Shown piece after piece: positions 22,095 through 32,299 of a stretch of DNA of 64,000 bases. The stretch lies in IMG/VR virus record IMGVR_UViG_3300027782_000030, positions 96,001-160,000 of that record; one strand, given 5' to 3'. Within the stretch, counting starts at the first letter, position 1. Each line of letters begins with the position of its first letter. Source of the DNA: a virus (taxonomy: Duplodnaviria > Caudoviricetes). The notes under the pieces are model-generated. The model was not told the origin of the DNA, made no database searches, and was given only the letters and a program-made list of their open reading frames with translations. Made by a program: the position numbers and the translations under genes.

Positions 22095-22888
22095 GAGGAG
22101 TTCTCTTATTTGCGTTTAACAGCCCAAAATTTAATTACTATGACATGGCTGTGGCTACGGCAAAACGTGCTAATCATTTTTTAGGGTTACCAGTAACGTT
22201 AATAACGGATGAAGAATCACTGCCTGAAACCTCTACATATAAATTTGATAATATCATAGTAACAGAACCTGATAAAAACAACAGGCGTGATTGGGGCATG
22301 TGGATAAACAAGGGAAGATATAAAGCATATGAGTTCAGTCCATATGATGAAACTATATTGTTAGATGTAGATTATGTTATTAATTCTAATAAATTATTAG
22401 ATACTTTTAATTTACCTACAGATTTTTGTTGTCACGATACTACTAGTTTTTTAATGAATCCCGAAGCTACTCAAGAAGTACTAAGTGGATATAGTTTTAA
22501 AACTCTATGGGCTACAGTCATTACTTTTAAAAAAACTTTAAGGGCTAGGCAAGTATTTGAGTGCCTTCAAATGGTTCAACATAATTTTGACCATTATTCA
22601 AACATTCATGGGTTTATTGCTAATACCTTTCGTAACGATTACGCATTAACACTGGCCCTAAGAATTGTTAATGGACACCTAGATAGAGAAGAAGATGTTA
22701 TACCTTGGAATCTAGTACATATCGGAAAGAACACTACAATCTATCCTGAAACTGATGATGAGTTTAATGTTGAATACACTGTAATGTTTGATAATTGGAA
22801 AAGAGGAAAAATTCGTAAAGAATTCATTACTATTAAAGATACTGACTTTCATGTTATGAATAAAGAAAACATGTTGAGGCTTATATGA
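22091..22888 (+). CDS. GT-A-fold glycosyltransferase (GT8-like)
   Basis: N-terminal GVLLFA strand, ASPYDET-like motif (FSPYDETILLDVD) with DxD, and RNDYA motif; ATGA overlap with the upstream gene. Confidence 0.7.
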   Translation: MRGVLLFAFNSPKFNYYDMAVATAKRANHFLGLPVTLITDEESLPETSTYKFDNIIVTEPDKNNRRDWGMWINKGRYKAYEFSPYDETILLDVDYVINSNKLLDTFNLPTDFCCHDTTSFLMNPEATQEVLSGYSFKTLWATVITFKKTLRARQVFECLQMVQHNFDHYSNIHGFIANTFRNDYALTLALRIVNGHLDREEDVIPWNLVHIGKNTTIYPETDDEFNVEYTVMFDNWKRGKIRKEFITIKDTDFHVMNKENMLRLI

Positions 22889-23682
22889 GTAGAGGATTCG
22901 TTATAATGGCACAAAACACTAGTGAGGTAGATTATGTTAAATGTGCCGAAACATTGGCTATGAGCATTTATAAAGTAATGCCAAAAGCAAAAGTTTCTAT
23001 CATAACCAATGACAGTGTAGATAGTACTAAGTTTGATAAGATTATTCCTTTGCCATATGGTGATTTAGATATTAGTAGTAAATGGAAACTCATCAATGAT
23101 TGGCAAGTGTACGAGGCTAGCCCGTATGATGAAACTATTAAACTAGAATCAGACATTATTATCCCTAGAGATATTATGCATTGGTTCGATGTATGTGGTA
23201 AACAAGACTTAGTGCTATGCACTACTATAAGAAATTTAAAACAAGAAATTTCAACGGTGCGTGGGTATCGTAGATTCATTGATGAGAACAAACTACCTGA
23301 TGTTTATAATGCTATTACCTATTTTAAAAAATCTGACATAGCCAAAACCTTTTTTGAAATCGTAAGAAATGTTTTTGAAAATTGGGAAGACTTTAAACGT
23401 ACATTGAAATGTAATCCACAAGAGCCAGCCAGCACAGATTGGGTGTATAGCATAGCAGCACACATAATAGGTAAAGAAAAAACTACAATGCCCACATTTA
23501 CTGAAATGAGTATGATACATATGAAACAGTTTATTAACGGTAATCCAACTGAAAATTGGACTGATACCTTTATCTATGAATGTTTATCCGATCAAATAAG
23601 AGTGCAAACAGTGCCCCAACTTTATCCTTTTCATTATCATGTTAAGAACTTTTGTGATAAAATTATGCGAGGGTACGCATGA
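22885..23682 (+). CDS. GT-A-fold glycosyltransferase paralog (GT8-like)
   Basis: ASPYDETIKLESD aligns with the previous ORF (DxD is ESD here); STDWVY motif; ATGA overlap. Confidence 0.65.
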   Translation: MSRGFVIMAQNTSEVDYVKCAETLAMSIYKVMPKAKVSIITNDSVDSTKFDKIIPLPYGDLDISSKWKLINDWQVYEASPYDETIKLESDIIIPRDIMHWFDVCGKQDLVLCTTIRNLKQEISTVRGYRRFIDENKLPDVYNAITYFKKSDIAKTFFEIVRNVFENWEDFKRTLKCNPQEPASTDWVYSIAAHIIGKEKTTMPTFTEMSMIHMKQFINGNPTENWTDTFIYECLSDQIRVQTVPQLYPFHYHVKNFCDKIMRGYA

Positions 23683-24008
23683 GCGATGATGTAGTTATTA
23701 TTTGGGAAGCGCCTAAGATTATTCCTCCCGAATTTCGTTTATACTACGACGATAAGGGCAATGTTATCTGCTATACTTGTCAAAAACTAGAAGGTCAGTA
23801 TATTGTAATTGACGCATTGACATATGCTATAGCAAGACCTGATATACGAATCATCGATGGAAAAATTTCAACAGTAGCACCCAATGCTGTAGTATATAAA
23901 CTAATGCCCGCCGATGAGGGTAAGGCATGTTCTTCAGAAGATATTAGTATAATCTCAGATGGATCTATAGAAACAACGAATTGGAAATTAAAAATTTATG
24001 AGTTATGA
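23679..24008 (+). CDS. Hypothetical protein
   Basis: 109-aa ORF coupled on both sides within the operon. Confidence 0.6.
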   Translation: MSDDVVIIWEAPKIIPPEFRLYYDDKGNVICYTCQKLEGQYIVIDALTYAIARPDIRIIDGKISTVAPNAVVYKLMPADEGKACSSEDISIISDGSIETTNWKLKIYEL

Positions 24009-24948
24009 TATAGTTGATGTAGCAGATTTAGATTGCATCTATCTTAGTTATGATGAGCCACAGAAAGAAGAGTTTTGGCTTAAGATTAAAAATATGGTTC
24101 CTTGGGCTAAAAGAGTAGATGGGGTAAAGGGCAGTGATGCAGCACACAAAGCAGCCGGTGAAGCCAGCGACACCGAAAGATTTATTCTGATTGACGGTGA
24201 TAATATGCCCGATGAAAGTTTTTTCAATCTTCAACTAGACTTTACTGATAAAGATCCTAAGTACAAAAAAGCACAGTTTCGTTGGAAAGCAATCAACAGC
24301 ATCAACGGGCTTCGTTATGGCAACGGTGGTATGAGTTCTTGGACAAAAACATATGTTAGTGAAATGCGAACCCATGAACATCAAAAAGATGGTGATCTAT
24401 CTCGTGTTGCTGATTTTTGTTTAGATAGTGCTGACAATTTGTATTGGGCAATGTATGATTGTTATAGTACTACATATCCTAACTATACTCCCTTTCAAGC
24501 ATGGCGTGCTGGCTTCCGTGAAGGTGTGAAAATGTGCTTGAATCGTGGCGCAGTTCCATCTATAGATGAATTTAAAGAAACGGTAGCAAGTCGCAACTTA
24601 AATAATCTTACTATATGGCACAATGTTGGGGCAGATGTTGATAATGGATTGTGGGCCATATATGGCGCCCGCCTTGGAACATATATGACTATGCTAACTT
24701 CTTGGGAACATGTTAATGTACAGTGGTTTGACAACTACACTGTACTATGGGAAGAACACAAAGATAAAGACTCGGAGCGTGAAGCAACACTGCTAGGTGC
24801 TGCGCTACATGATAAACTTGGATTGCCTATGTGTACTCTAAGTAAAGAGCAGAGTAAATTCTTCAAACGTCATTATAACGCAGACAAGCATAATTTAGGT
24901 CCTTTGATCACCGAAATGGATGTGATCCGTAGAATCGAAGGATGGTAA
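23998..24948 (+). CDS. GT-A-like glycosyltransferase/nucleotide-diphospho-sugar transferase
   Basis: CIYLSYDEP...GVKGSDAAH...FILIDGDN (DxD) ...NGLRYGNGG...AWRAGFREGVK. Confidence 0.6.
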   Translation: MSYDIVDVADLDCIYLSYDEPQKEEFWLKIKNMVPWAKRVDGVKGSDAAHKAAGEASDTERFILIDGDNMPDESFFNLQLDFTDKDPKYKKAQFRWKAINSINGLRYGNGGMSSWTKTYVSEMRTHEHQKDGDLSRVADFCLDSADNLYWAMYDCYSTTYPNYTPFQAWRAGFREGVKMCLNRGAVPSIDEFKETVASRNLNNLTIWHNVGADVDNGLWAIYGARLGTYMTMLTSWEHVNVQWFDNYTVLWEEHKDKDSEREATLLGAALHDKLGLPMCTLSKEQSKFFKRHYNADKHNLGPLITEMDVIRRIEGW

Positions 24949-26348
24949 TGAGTACTGAACAAAAACGCATTAAAGACATTAAGATTAAAATAGAAAATGA
25001 AGTAGGTCCTACTTTTTGTCTAGCCAAATGGCATCATGTCACAATGTATCTACAATCCGGTGAAACACATAGTTGCTATCACCCCCAACCGCATAGGATC
25101 CCATTAAGCGAAATAATTGACAACCCTTCTGCACTACATAACACTAGTCAGAAGAAAGAAGAACGAAAGTTAATGTTAGATGGTGGCAAGCCTGAGGGTT
25201 GCCAGTACTGTTGGAACATTGAAGCAATGGGTCCTGACTATATCAGTGATCGGCATATTCGCAATGCTAGCATCTTTACTGAAGAAAGATATGAACAGAC
25301 TACCAAAGGACTTTGGAATCAAAATATAAACCCTGAGTACATTGAGATTAACTTTGGTAACGAATGTAATTTTAAATGTGGTTATTGTCATCCAAAGTAC
25401 AGTACTAGTTTTTATAAAGAGATTGAAAAATATGGTCCTGTCACAACAGTAAAAAATCATCGTTGCGATATAGATTGGATGAAATTATATCAGCGTGAAG
25501 ATGACAATCCATATGTTGATGCATTTTGGAAATGGTGGCCTGAACTTCGCAAGACCCTGACTATTATGCGTATTACTGGAGGGGAACCAACTCTACATAA
25601 GTCTACATGGCAATTGTTAGATTCAATCGAAGCAGATCCGATGCCATGGTTAGAGTTAAATATTAATAGTAACTTAGGAACCAAACCTCTTCTTATAGAA
25701 CGGCTTTCTCAAAAAGTAAAAAATCTTACTGACACTGGTAAAATTAAAAGTTTTAAATTGTTCACTAGCATGGATACATGGGGTAAGCGAGCCGAGTATA
25801 TTCGCACTGGATTAGACTTAGAGTTATGGGAACAAAATTTTCATACTTACCTTAAAAACACTGATAGCCCGATTACTTTTATGATTACATTTAATATCTT
25901 TAGTGTAACTACATTTAAAAGTTTTCTTGAAAAATTAATTGAATGGCGTAAAATTTATGGGTGGTATGATGATCCTACCAATCCACAACACCGTGTAAGA
26001 TTTGACACTCCATATCTTAGAGATCCTGTTCAGTATGATATGAATATTTTACCTAAAGAAGAATTCATGCCATATATGCATGATGCTCTATCTTATATGA
26101 AAGAGAATACTGATGATACTAGAGCAGACGCATTTAGTACAATTGAGTATGAAAAATTTAAGCGTGTAGTAGATTATATGGCTGAAACGGTATACCCTGA
26201 AGAAAAATTGCTACAAGGACGTAGAGACTTTTATAATTGGTTCAACGAATTGGATGAGCGTAGAGAAACTGATATGATATCTATATTTCCTGAATATTTG
26301 GGTTTCTATCGTATGTGCCAAGAAACAAACTCACTTAACCCACTATGA
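24948..26348 (+). CDS. Radical SAM enzyme with N-terminal twitch/SPASM-like Cys cluster (#1)
   Basis: CNFKCGYC and GGEPT motifs; N-terminal FC...SC...CQYC. The start is likely 24948 (TAATG overlap) rather than 24942. Confidence 0.85.
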   Translation: MSTEQKRIKDIKIKIENEVGPTFCLAKWHHVTMYLQSGETHSCYHPQPHRIPLSEIIDNPSALHNTSQKKEERKLMLDGGKPEGCQYCWNIEAMGPDYISDRHIRNASIFTEERYEQTTKGLWNQNINPEYIEINFGNECNFKCGYCHPKYSTSFYKEIEKYGPVTTVKNHRCDIDWMKLYQREDDNPYVDAFWKWWPELRKTLTIMRITGGEPTLHKSTWQLLDSIEADPMPWLELNINSNLGTKPLLIERLSQKVKNLTDTGKIKSFKLFTSMDTWGKRAEYIRTGLDLELWEQNFHTYLKNTDSPITFMITFNIFSVTTFKSFLEKLIEWRKIYGWYDDPTNPQHRVRFDTPYLRDPVQYDMNILPKEEFMPYMHDALSYMKENTDDTRADAFSTIEYEKFKRVVDYMAETVYPEEKLLQGRRDFYNWFNELDERRETDMISIFPEYLGFYRMCQETNSLNPL

Positions 26349-27601
26349 ATAAAGAACATTTACTAAAAGAAAGCAAATCATTTTGCATGTTACCATGGGT
26401 TCATTTCACGACTAGTCCTAGTGGTGATGCACTACCGTGTTGTATAGCAAAAACACCTATTGATGAGTTTGGATTTCATCGTCCGTTGGGTAATACTACT
26501 AGAGAAAGTATGATAGAAATTGTCAATTCTAAAGGAATGAACCAACTTAGACTTGACATGCTATCAGATGTTAAGAATACTATGTGTTCGACCTGTCACG
26601 CACATGATGATTTATTATTGGGAAGTTTTCGTTCTAGTTCAAATAAACAATACAGTAAACATTTTGATAATGTAATTGCTTCTACAAACGAAGATGGTTC
26701 TTTATCTGAATTTAAGATGAGATATTTTGATATTAGGTTTAGTAACATATGTAACTTTAAATGTAGAACATGTGGACCTGACTGGAGTAGTCAATGGGAA
26801 CAAGAAAACATTAAAAATAATATTTACCAACACAATATTATTAAAAATAATAAAAAAGAATTTTTAGAAGAAGTAATCAATCAAATCCCTAATATTGAAG
26901 AAGCATACTTTGCAGGAGGTGAACCTCTTATTACAGAAGAGCACTATATTCTGTTAGAAGAAATGATTAGGCAAGGTAGAACAGACACAGTGTTAAGGTA
27001 TAATACAAATCTAAGTAATTTAAAATTTAAAAACAAAGACTTAATGAGTCTTTGGAAACAGTTTACAAATAATATACAAATTTACGCCAGTGTAGATCAT
27101 TATGGGGAACGTGCTGAATATATACGACATGGGACAGATTGGACTGTAATAGAAGAAAACTTTTTATTAGCTAAAAAATCACCATATATTCAGTTACAAA
27201 TGAATACAGTGTTAAGTTTGTATAATTATAAAACTTTTTTAGAATTTTATCAGTATTTGTTTGATAAAGGGCTATATTCATCAACAGACAATACATATTC
27301 AATATATACTATGAGTTCACCTGAATTTCTTACTTCGAATATTTTACCACAGCACCATAAAGAAGAGGGTAAAATTAAAATATTAAAGTTGATAGATATT
27401 ATGAAGTCTATGGGATTTACAAAAAAACCCAACACTCTACATTTAGTGCAGGGCATCATTGATTGGACTATGGCGCCTAGTCAAAATACATGGGACAAAT
27501 ATAAAGAAGAATTTCAAACTAATACTGAACAACGAGATTCCCTTCGAGGTGAAAGTTTTGTCAAAACTTTTCCTGAACTTGCTGATTTAATGGAGGATTA
27601 A
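26345..27601 (+). CDS. Radical SAM enzyme with N-terminal twitch/SPASM-like domain (#2)
   Basis: FCMLPW...PCC...CSTC; CNFKCRTC; FAGGEP. Confidence 0.85.
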   Translation: MNKEHLLKESKSFCMLPWVHFTTSPSGDALPCCIAKTPIDEFGFHRPLGNTTRESMIEIVNSKGMNQLRLDMLSDVKNTMCSTCHAHDDLLLGSFRSSSNKQYSKHFDNVIASTNEDGSLSEFKMRYFDIRFSNICNFKCRTCGPDWSSQWEQENIKNNIYQHNIIKNNKKEFLEEVINQIPNIEEAYFAGGEPLITEEHYILLEEMIRQGRTDTVLRYNTNLSNLKFKNKDLMSLWKQFTNNIQIYASVDHYGERAEYIRHGTDWTVIEENFLLAKKSPYIQLQMNTVLSLYNYKTFLEFYQYLFDKGLYSSTDNTYSIYTMSSPEFLTSNILPQHHKEEGKIKILKLIDIMKSMGFTKKPNTLHLVQGIIDWTMAPSQNTWDKYKEEFQTNTEQRDSLRGESFVKTFPELADLMED

Positions 27602-28831
27602 ATGGCACATGATACTGATTATTTACTAACGAAAAGTGAAACATTTTGTATGTTTCCGTGGGTTCACTTTATGGCAACACCTTCAGGAGACGTATTTCCT
27701 TGCTGTGTTGGTGTCACAGAAACTCCCATGACTAAAATAAATCCTGATTCTACCTTTGAAACTATTATTAATAGTGATAATTTTAAAAAATTACGCAGAG
27801 ATATGTTATCGGAAACTAAAAATTCAACATGCACACATTGTTACAATACAGAAAAATTTAATAAAAGTTGGCGCTCTTTTGGAAATGTTACATTTAATTC
27901 CGACATAAATGAGGTATTAAGTAATACTAAAGAAGATGGTACTCTAGACAATTTTAAAATGAAATATTATGATATTAGATTTAATAATATTTGTAATTTT
28001 AAATGCCGAATGTGCGGCCCTGATTATAGTTCACTATGGGCACAAGAAGAAAATAATAGACTAAAACCATATCATCAAATACCTGTTTATAACTTGTCAA
28101 AAAATACTAAAATTCTCTCAGAATTTTTATCACATGTTGATGATGTAGAATTTGTGTATTTTGCAGGTGGTGAACCAATGATCACTGAAGAACATTACAC
28201 TATTTTAGAAGAGTTGATTAGGAAAAATAAAACTCATGTTAAAATAAGATATAACACAAATTGCAGTGTCTTGTCATATAAAGATAAAAATATATTTGAT
28301 TTATGGAAATATTTTGATCATATTGATATATCAGCAAGTATGGATCATATAGGTGAACGTGCAGAATATATTAGAACTGGAACAGATTGGGCAGTAATTG
28401 AGAATAATTTACACAGACTTAACAATGTTGAAAATATTACATTGTCTATTAATACTGTGCTTAGTGTATATAATTATACTACATTACCATTATTATATGA
28501 ATATTTTATTGATTTTGGGATTGTTAATAGCACTGTTTCAAATAATAGTTTAATATGTACTACTGACCCTAAATATTTTGCTGCCACTACCTTGCCTAAA
28601 ATTCTGAAAGAACAATGTTTGGCAAACAATTTAAAACTGCTTGATAAGATGAATTCTATAAATTCAGGATACTTAATTGAACCGGCTATTAAGTTTACAA
28701 ATTCAAGTGATGATTGGGATAAACAAAAAGAAAACTTTTTAAAAGAAACTTTATTGAGAGATGGGCTTAGAAACGATTCGTTTGAAAAAACTTTTCCTGA
28801 ATTAAAAATGATGATGGATATTAATTCATGA
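27602..28831 (+). CDS. Radical SAM enzyme with N-terminal twitch/SPASM-like domain (#3)
   Basis: FCMFPW...PCC...CTHC; CNFKCRMC; FAGGEP. Confidence 0.85.
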   Translation: MAHDTDYLLTKSETFCMFPWVHFMATPSGDVFPCCVGVTETPMTKINPDSTFETIINSDNFKKLRRDMLSETKNSTCTHCYNTEKFNKSWRSFGNVTFNSDINEVLSNTKEDGTLDNFKMKYYDIRFNNICNFKCRMCGPDYSSLWAQEENNRLKPYHQIPVYNLSKNTKILSEFLSHVDDVEFVYFAGGEPMITEEHYTILEELIRKNKTHVKIRYNTNCSVLSYKDKNIFDLWKYFDHIDISASMDHIGERAEYIRTGTDWAVIENNLHRLNNVENITLSINTVLSVYNYTTLPLLYEYFIDFGIVNSTVSNNSLICTTDPKYFAATTLPKILKEQCLANNLKLLDKMNSINSGYLIEPAIKFTNSSDDWDKQKENFLKETLLRDGLRNDSFEKTFPELKMMMDINS

Positions 28832-30057
28832 TTGATAAAAATTATTTACTAAATGAAAGTAAAGTGTTTTGTATGTTTCCATGGATGCACTTAAATGTAA
28901 CTCCTAAGGGAGATATATATCCCTGTTGTAGCAATGACTACACTGTTCCATATGGCAATACTAAAGAAACTAGCCTCAAAGAAGCATTTAATAATCACCA
29001 AATGAAACAATTGAGATTAGATATGTTGGCTAACAAACCAAACAAGATATGTAACTTTTGCTATAAACATGAAGAAGCAGGTCCCCATAGTTTCAGAAAC
29101 TATAGCAAAGAACAGTTTGGTAAACACTTTGATGAGATTATACCCACTACACTTGAAGATGGTACTGTTCCTGAATTCAAAATGCATTACTTTGATATTA
29201 GGTTTAGTAACATATGCAACTTCAAATGCAGAACATGTGGGTCAGAATTTAGTAGTCAATGGGGAGCAGAAATGCGAGCCAATCATGATCCTAAACATCC
29301 TATAGTGATTCATGCCGACGAAAAAGGCAATTTACTTCGTGAAGTATTGGATCAGGTAGAACATATTGATTTGGCATATTTTGCGGGTGGCGAGCCTACT
29401 CTGACAGAAGAACACTATATTATGTTAGAGGAAATGATTCGCAAAAAGCGTACGGATATTACACTTAGGTATAATACTAATGCTAGTAATATTAAGTTCA
29501 AAGACTATGATTTGTTAGACATGTGGAAACACTTTAAAAAAATTGAACTAAGTTGTAGTATAGATCATTATGGCGAACGGGCTGAATGGTTACGACATGG
29601 AACTGATTGGGGTCTAGTTGAAAGTAACCTGTTAAAGTTTAGAGAATTAGATTATATCTCATTCCAATTGAACACTGTTTTTTCATTGTTTAACTACTTG
29701 ACTATTGGAGAATTCTACTCGTATCTAAAAAGTAAAGGATTGGTTCGTACTCATGATTGGTATCATAGTTTATACTTAGCAGTGCATCCTAGTCACTATA
29801 GTGCTAAGAGTTTACCCAAAGAATTAAAGATTGATGCGACAAATAAGGCTATGGCTTGGGCAAATCAGTATCGGGATGATGAAACATCATTATCACGTTT
29901 AGTAACAGATGCGGTTAACTTTGCAAAAGATTCTGATATTTGGGCTGAGAATAAAGAAACATTTATGATGCATACTGGATCAGGGGATAAGATACGAGGC
30001 GAAAATTTTTGGAAAACATTCCCTGAATTAAATAAACTACAAGATTTGACGGAGTAA
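28828..30057 (+). CDS. Radical SAM enzyme with N-terminal twitch/SPASM-like domain (#4)
   Basis: FCMFPW...PCC...CNFC; CNFKCRTC; FAGGEP. Confidence 0.85.
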   Translation: MIDKNYLLNESKVFCMFPWMHLNVTPKGDIYPCCSNDYTVPYGNTKETSLKEAFNNHQMKQLRLDMLANKPNKICNFCYKHEEAGPHSFRNYSKEQFGKHFDEIIPTTLEDGTVPEFKMHYFDIRFSNICNFKCRTCGSEFSSQWGAEMRANHDPKHPIVIHADEKGNLLREVLDQVEHIDLAYFAGGEPTLTEEHYIMLEEMIRKKRTDITLRYNTNASNIKFKDYDLLDMWKHFKKIELSCSIDHYGERAEWLRHGTDWGLVESNLLKFRELDYISFQLNTVFSLFNYLTIGEFYSYLKSKGLVRTHDWYHSLYLAVHPSHYSAKSLPKELKIDATNKAMAWANQYRDDETSLSRLVTDAVNFAKDSDIWAENKETFMMHTGSGDKIRGENFWKTFPELNKLQDLTE

Positions 30058-30059
30058 AA

Positions 30060-31337
30060 ATGCAAAACCCCTTGGTAATAGAAAATTTAGTTAAGTTTGG
30101 AAAACACTTTTGTGTATTACCTTGGGTACATTTTCACTCATGGCCAGACGGTAAAGTAATGCCTTGTTGTGTCGCAGATAGTTCTATGCCAGTGGCAAAT
30201 ATTAATGATGGCGAATCTATTATTCAGATGATGAATAGTGATGACTACAAAAAAATGCGTGAAGCAATGCTAGTTGATGAGCCTGTCGAAGCATGTAGAA
30301 GGTGTTATGACTTAGAACTATTAGGTACGTGGACTATGCGTAAAAGTCATAATAAACGCAGAGGTCTAGAATATGTTAACATGATTGCAGAAACTACCGA
30401 TGATGACGGTACTATTTCTGAATTCAACATGAAGTATATGGACTTGCGTTTCAGTAATATGTGTAATATGAAATGCCGTAGTTGTGGTCCTGGATGTAGT
30501 AGTCTTTGGGCACAGGAATATGTTGATGAAAAGGGCATAGATGAATACGAAAAGCATTTTAAAACTAAAAAAATTGTAGTCAATACCGCAGAAGAAATGA
30601 GTTTTATGAGTAAACTAAAACCATATCTTAAAGACGTATTAGAAGTTTATTTTGCAGGTGGAGAAATCATTATTACTCCTGAGCATTATGAGTGCTTAGA
30701 CTACTGGGTTGAAAATGGATTGACGGATCAAGTTGAGTTGACCTATACTACTAATTTTAGTGCAATGAAATATAAAGACAAAGACTTGCTTGGGTATTGG
30801 AAGAAGTTCCCTCAATTAAAAATTTGGGCTAGCCTAGATGCACATGGCGATGTAGCAGAAGTTATACGCAAGGGTACAGATTGGGAAAGAATTGTTAAAA
30901 ACATTAGAACATTAAAAGAACAAGTACCTCATGCACAATTTCAAATTACCCCAACCCTTAGCATTTGGAATATATTTGATTTCCCTGATTTTTTTGATTA
31001 TCTGATTAAAGAAAATTTGATAGATGATAAGACAACTAGCCCAAGATTTAATCTAGCAACTAATCCATGGTACGCAAACATCATGATTCTACCTGTTTCT
31101 GTTAAACATAGGTTAATGGAATTGTACAGAGTGTATGCGGATAGATATGAAAATGTCAATATTGAACTACACAATGGCTTTAAAATGATAATTTACAATT
31201 TAAGCGTTGGTGAAGAGAATAAAGGCGGCATTTTAGAGTTTAAAAAGTTCAATGATGAACTAAATCAATTTAGAAATGAAAAGATAGAAGATATTATTCC
31301 TGAACTCAAAGAGATATATCAGTGGGCCGAAAGTTAA
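30060..31337 (+). CDS. Radical SAM enzyme with N-terminal twitch/SPASM-like domain (#5)
   Basis: FCVLPW...PCC...CRRC; CNMKCRSC; FAGGE. Confidence 0.85.
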   Translation: MQNPLVIENLVKFGKHFCVLPWVHFHSWPDGKVMPCCVADSSMPVANINDGESIIQMMNSDDYKKMREAMLVDEPVEACRRCYDLELLGTWTMRKSHNKRRGLEYVNMIAETTDDDGTISEFNMKYMDLRFSNMCNMKCRSCGPGCSSLWAQEYVDEKGIDEYEKHFKTKKIVVNTAEEMSFMSKLKPYLKDVLEVYFAGGEIIITPEHYECLDYWVENGLTDQVELTYTTNFSAMKYKDKDLLGYWKKFPQLKIWASLDAHGDVAEVIRKGTDWERIVKNIRTLKEQVPHAQFQITPTLSIWNIFDFPDFFDYLIKENLIDDKTTSPRFNLATNPWYANIMILPVSVKHRLMELYRVYADRYENVNIELHNGFKMIIYNLSVGEENKGGILEFKKFNDELNQFRNEKIEDIIPELKEIYQWAES

Positions 31338-32299
31338 TAGCTATAGAGGCTCCCCAGCCTTACTTGGCCGTTACATGGCAAGTTAATAACTATTGTAACT
31401 TTAGGTGTAGTTATTGTAACCCGGGTAATTGGGGAGGCACTGACATCAATGATGGCAATCTAGACTTATACATCAACAATCTAGATATTATCATTAATCG
31501 TTATAGAGAGATAGGTTATAAGAATTTTAAATTTTTCTTTAGTGGTGGTGAGCCCACTGCTTGGCGTAACTTTATTCCAATATGTGAATGGTTATACAAA
31601 GAACTACCCCATGCTACTCTAGCCGTTAACACTAACCTAAGTCGCCCATTGAAATGGTGGCAAAAGAATCATTATCTATTTGATGATGTGGTCGCTAGTT
31701 TCCATGTAGAGTTTGCCGATAAAAATCGCTATGAAGAAAATAGTATATTCTTATGCGATAAGGTAAACTATTTGGCTACTAAGATGTTACTACATGAAGA
31801 AAGATTTTGGGAAATAGTAGAATTTGGTAAGCACTTAAAAACAGTAATGCCAAACTACTTTTTAGAATGGACTCCGCTATTTGATGAGATGAGTGTAAAC
31901 GCAGGTCCTTGGACATACAAAGATCCTGCAAAAACCCAGTTCATTAACGATTGTACATCAGAGCATCAACAAACTAAACCAAAGCCTGATAAACGATCAA
32001 ACTACAATGTTAGTTATAATAGATACGACGATAATCATTATGAAGTATGTAATAGCAACGAAGTGATTGTTGCGGGTAATAATTATTTTAGCGGTTGGAA
32101 CTGCAATGTAGGTGATGCTATTTTTATCAATCCAGTAGGCGAGGTCAGTTTAGCAAGTTGTGGTATGGGTGGTAATGTGGGTCATATATTAAAGGATATT
32201 TCTCGTGTTGGACCTAAACAAATCATTTGCAAAAAAGAACATTGCCATTGTGGCACAGACATTATAATCCCTAAATTTATAAACAATGGCAATTCTTAA
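31322..32299 (+). CDS. Radical SAM enzyme with C-terminal Cys-rich auxiliary cluster (#6)
   Basis: CNFRCSYC; SGGEPT; C-terminal WNC...SC...CKKEHCHC; GTG start. Confidence 0.85.
   Translation: MGRKLIAIEAPQPYLAVTWQVNNYCNFRCSYCNPGNWGGTDINDGNLDLYINNLDIIINRYREIGYKNFKFFFSGGEPTAWRNFIPICEWLYKELPHATLAVNTNLSRPLKWWQKNHYLFDDVVASFHVEFADKNRYEENSIFLCDKVNYLATKMLLHEERFWEIVEFGKHLKTVMPNYFLEWTPLFDEMSVNAGPWTYKDPAKTQFINDCTSEHQQTKPKPDKRSNYNVSYNRYDDNHYEVCNSNEVIVAGNNYFSGWNCNVGDAIFINPVGEVSLASCGMGGNVGHILKDISRVGPKQIICKKEHCHCGTDIIIPKFINNGNS

Noticed and set aside
24948-32299. rSAM array as a RiPP maturation system
   Set aside because: No precursor-like peptide, RRE/PqqD domain, peptidase or transporter lies next to the array, and the neighbours are sugar enzymes. 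It is not excluded that virion proteins are the substrate.
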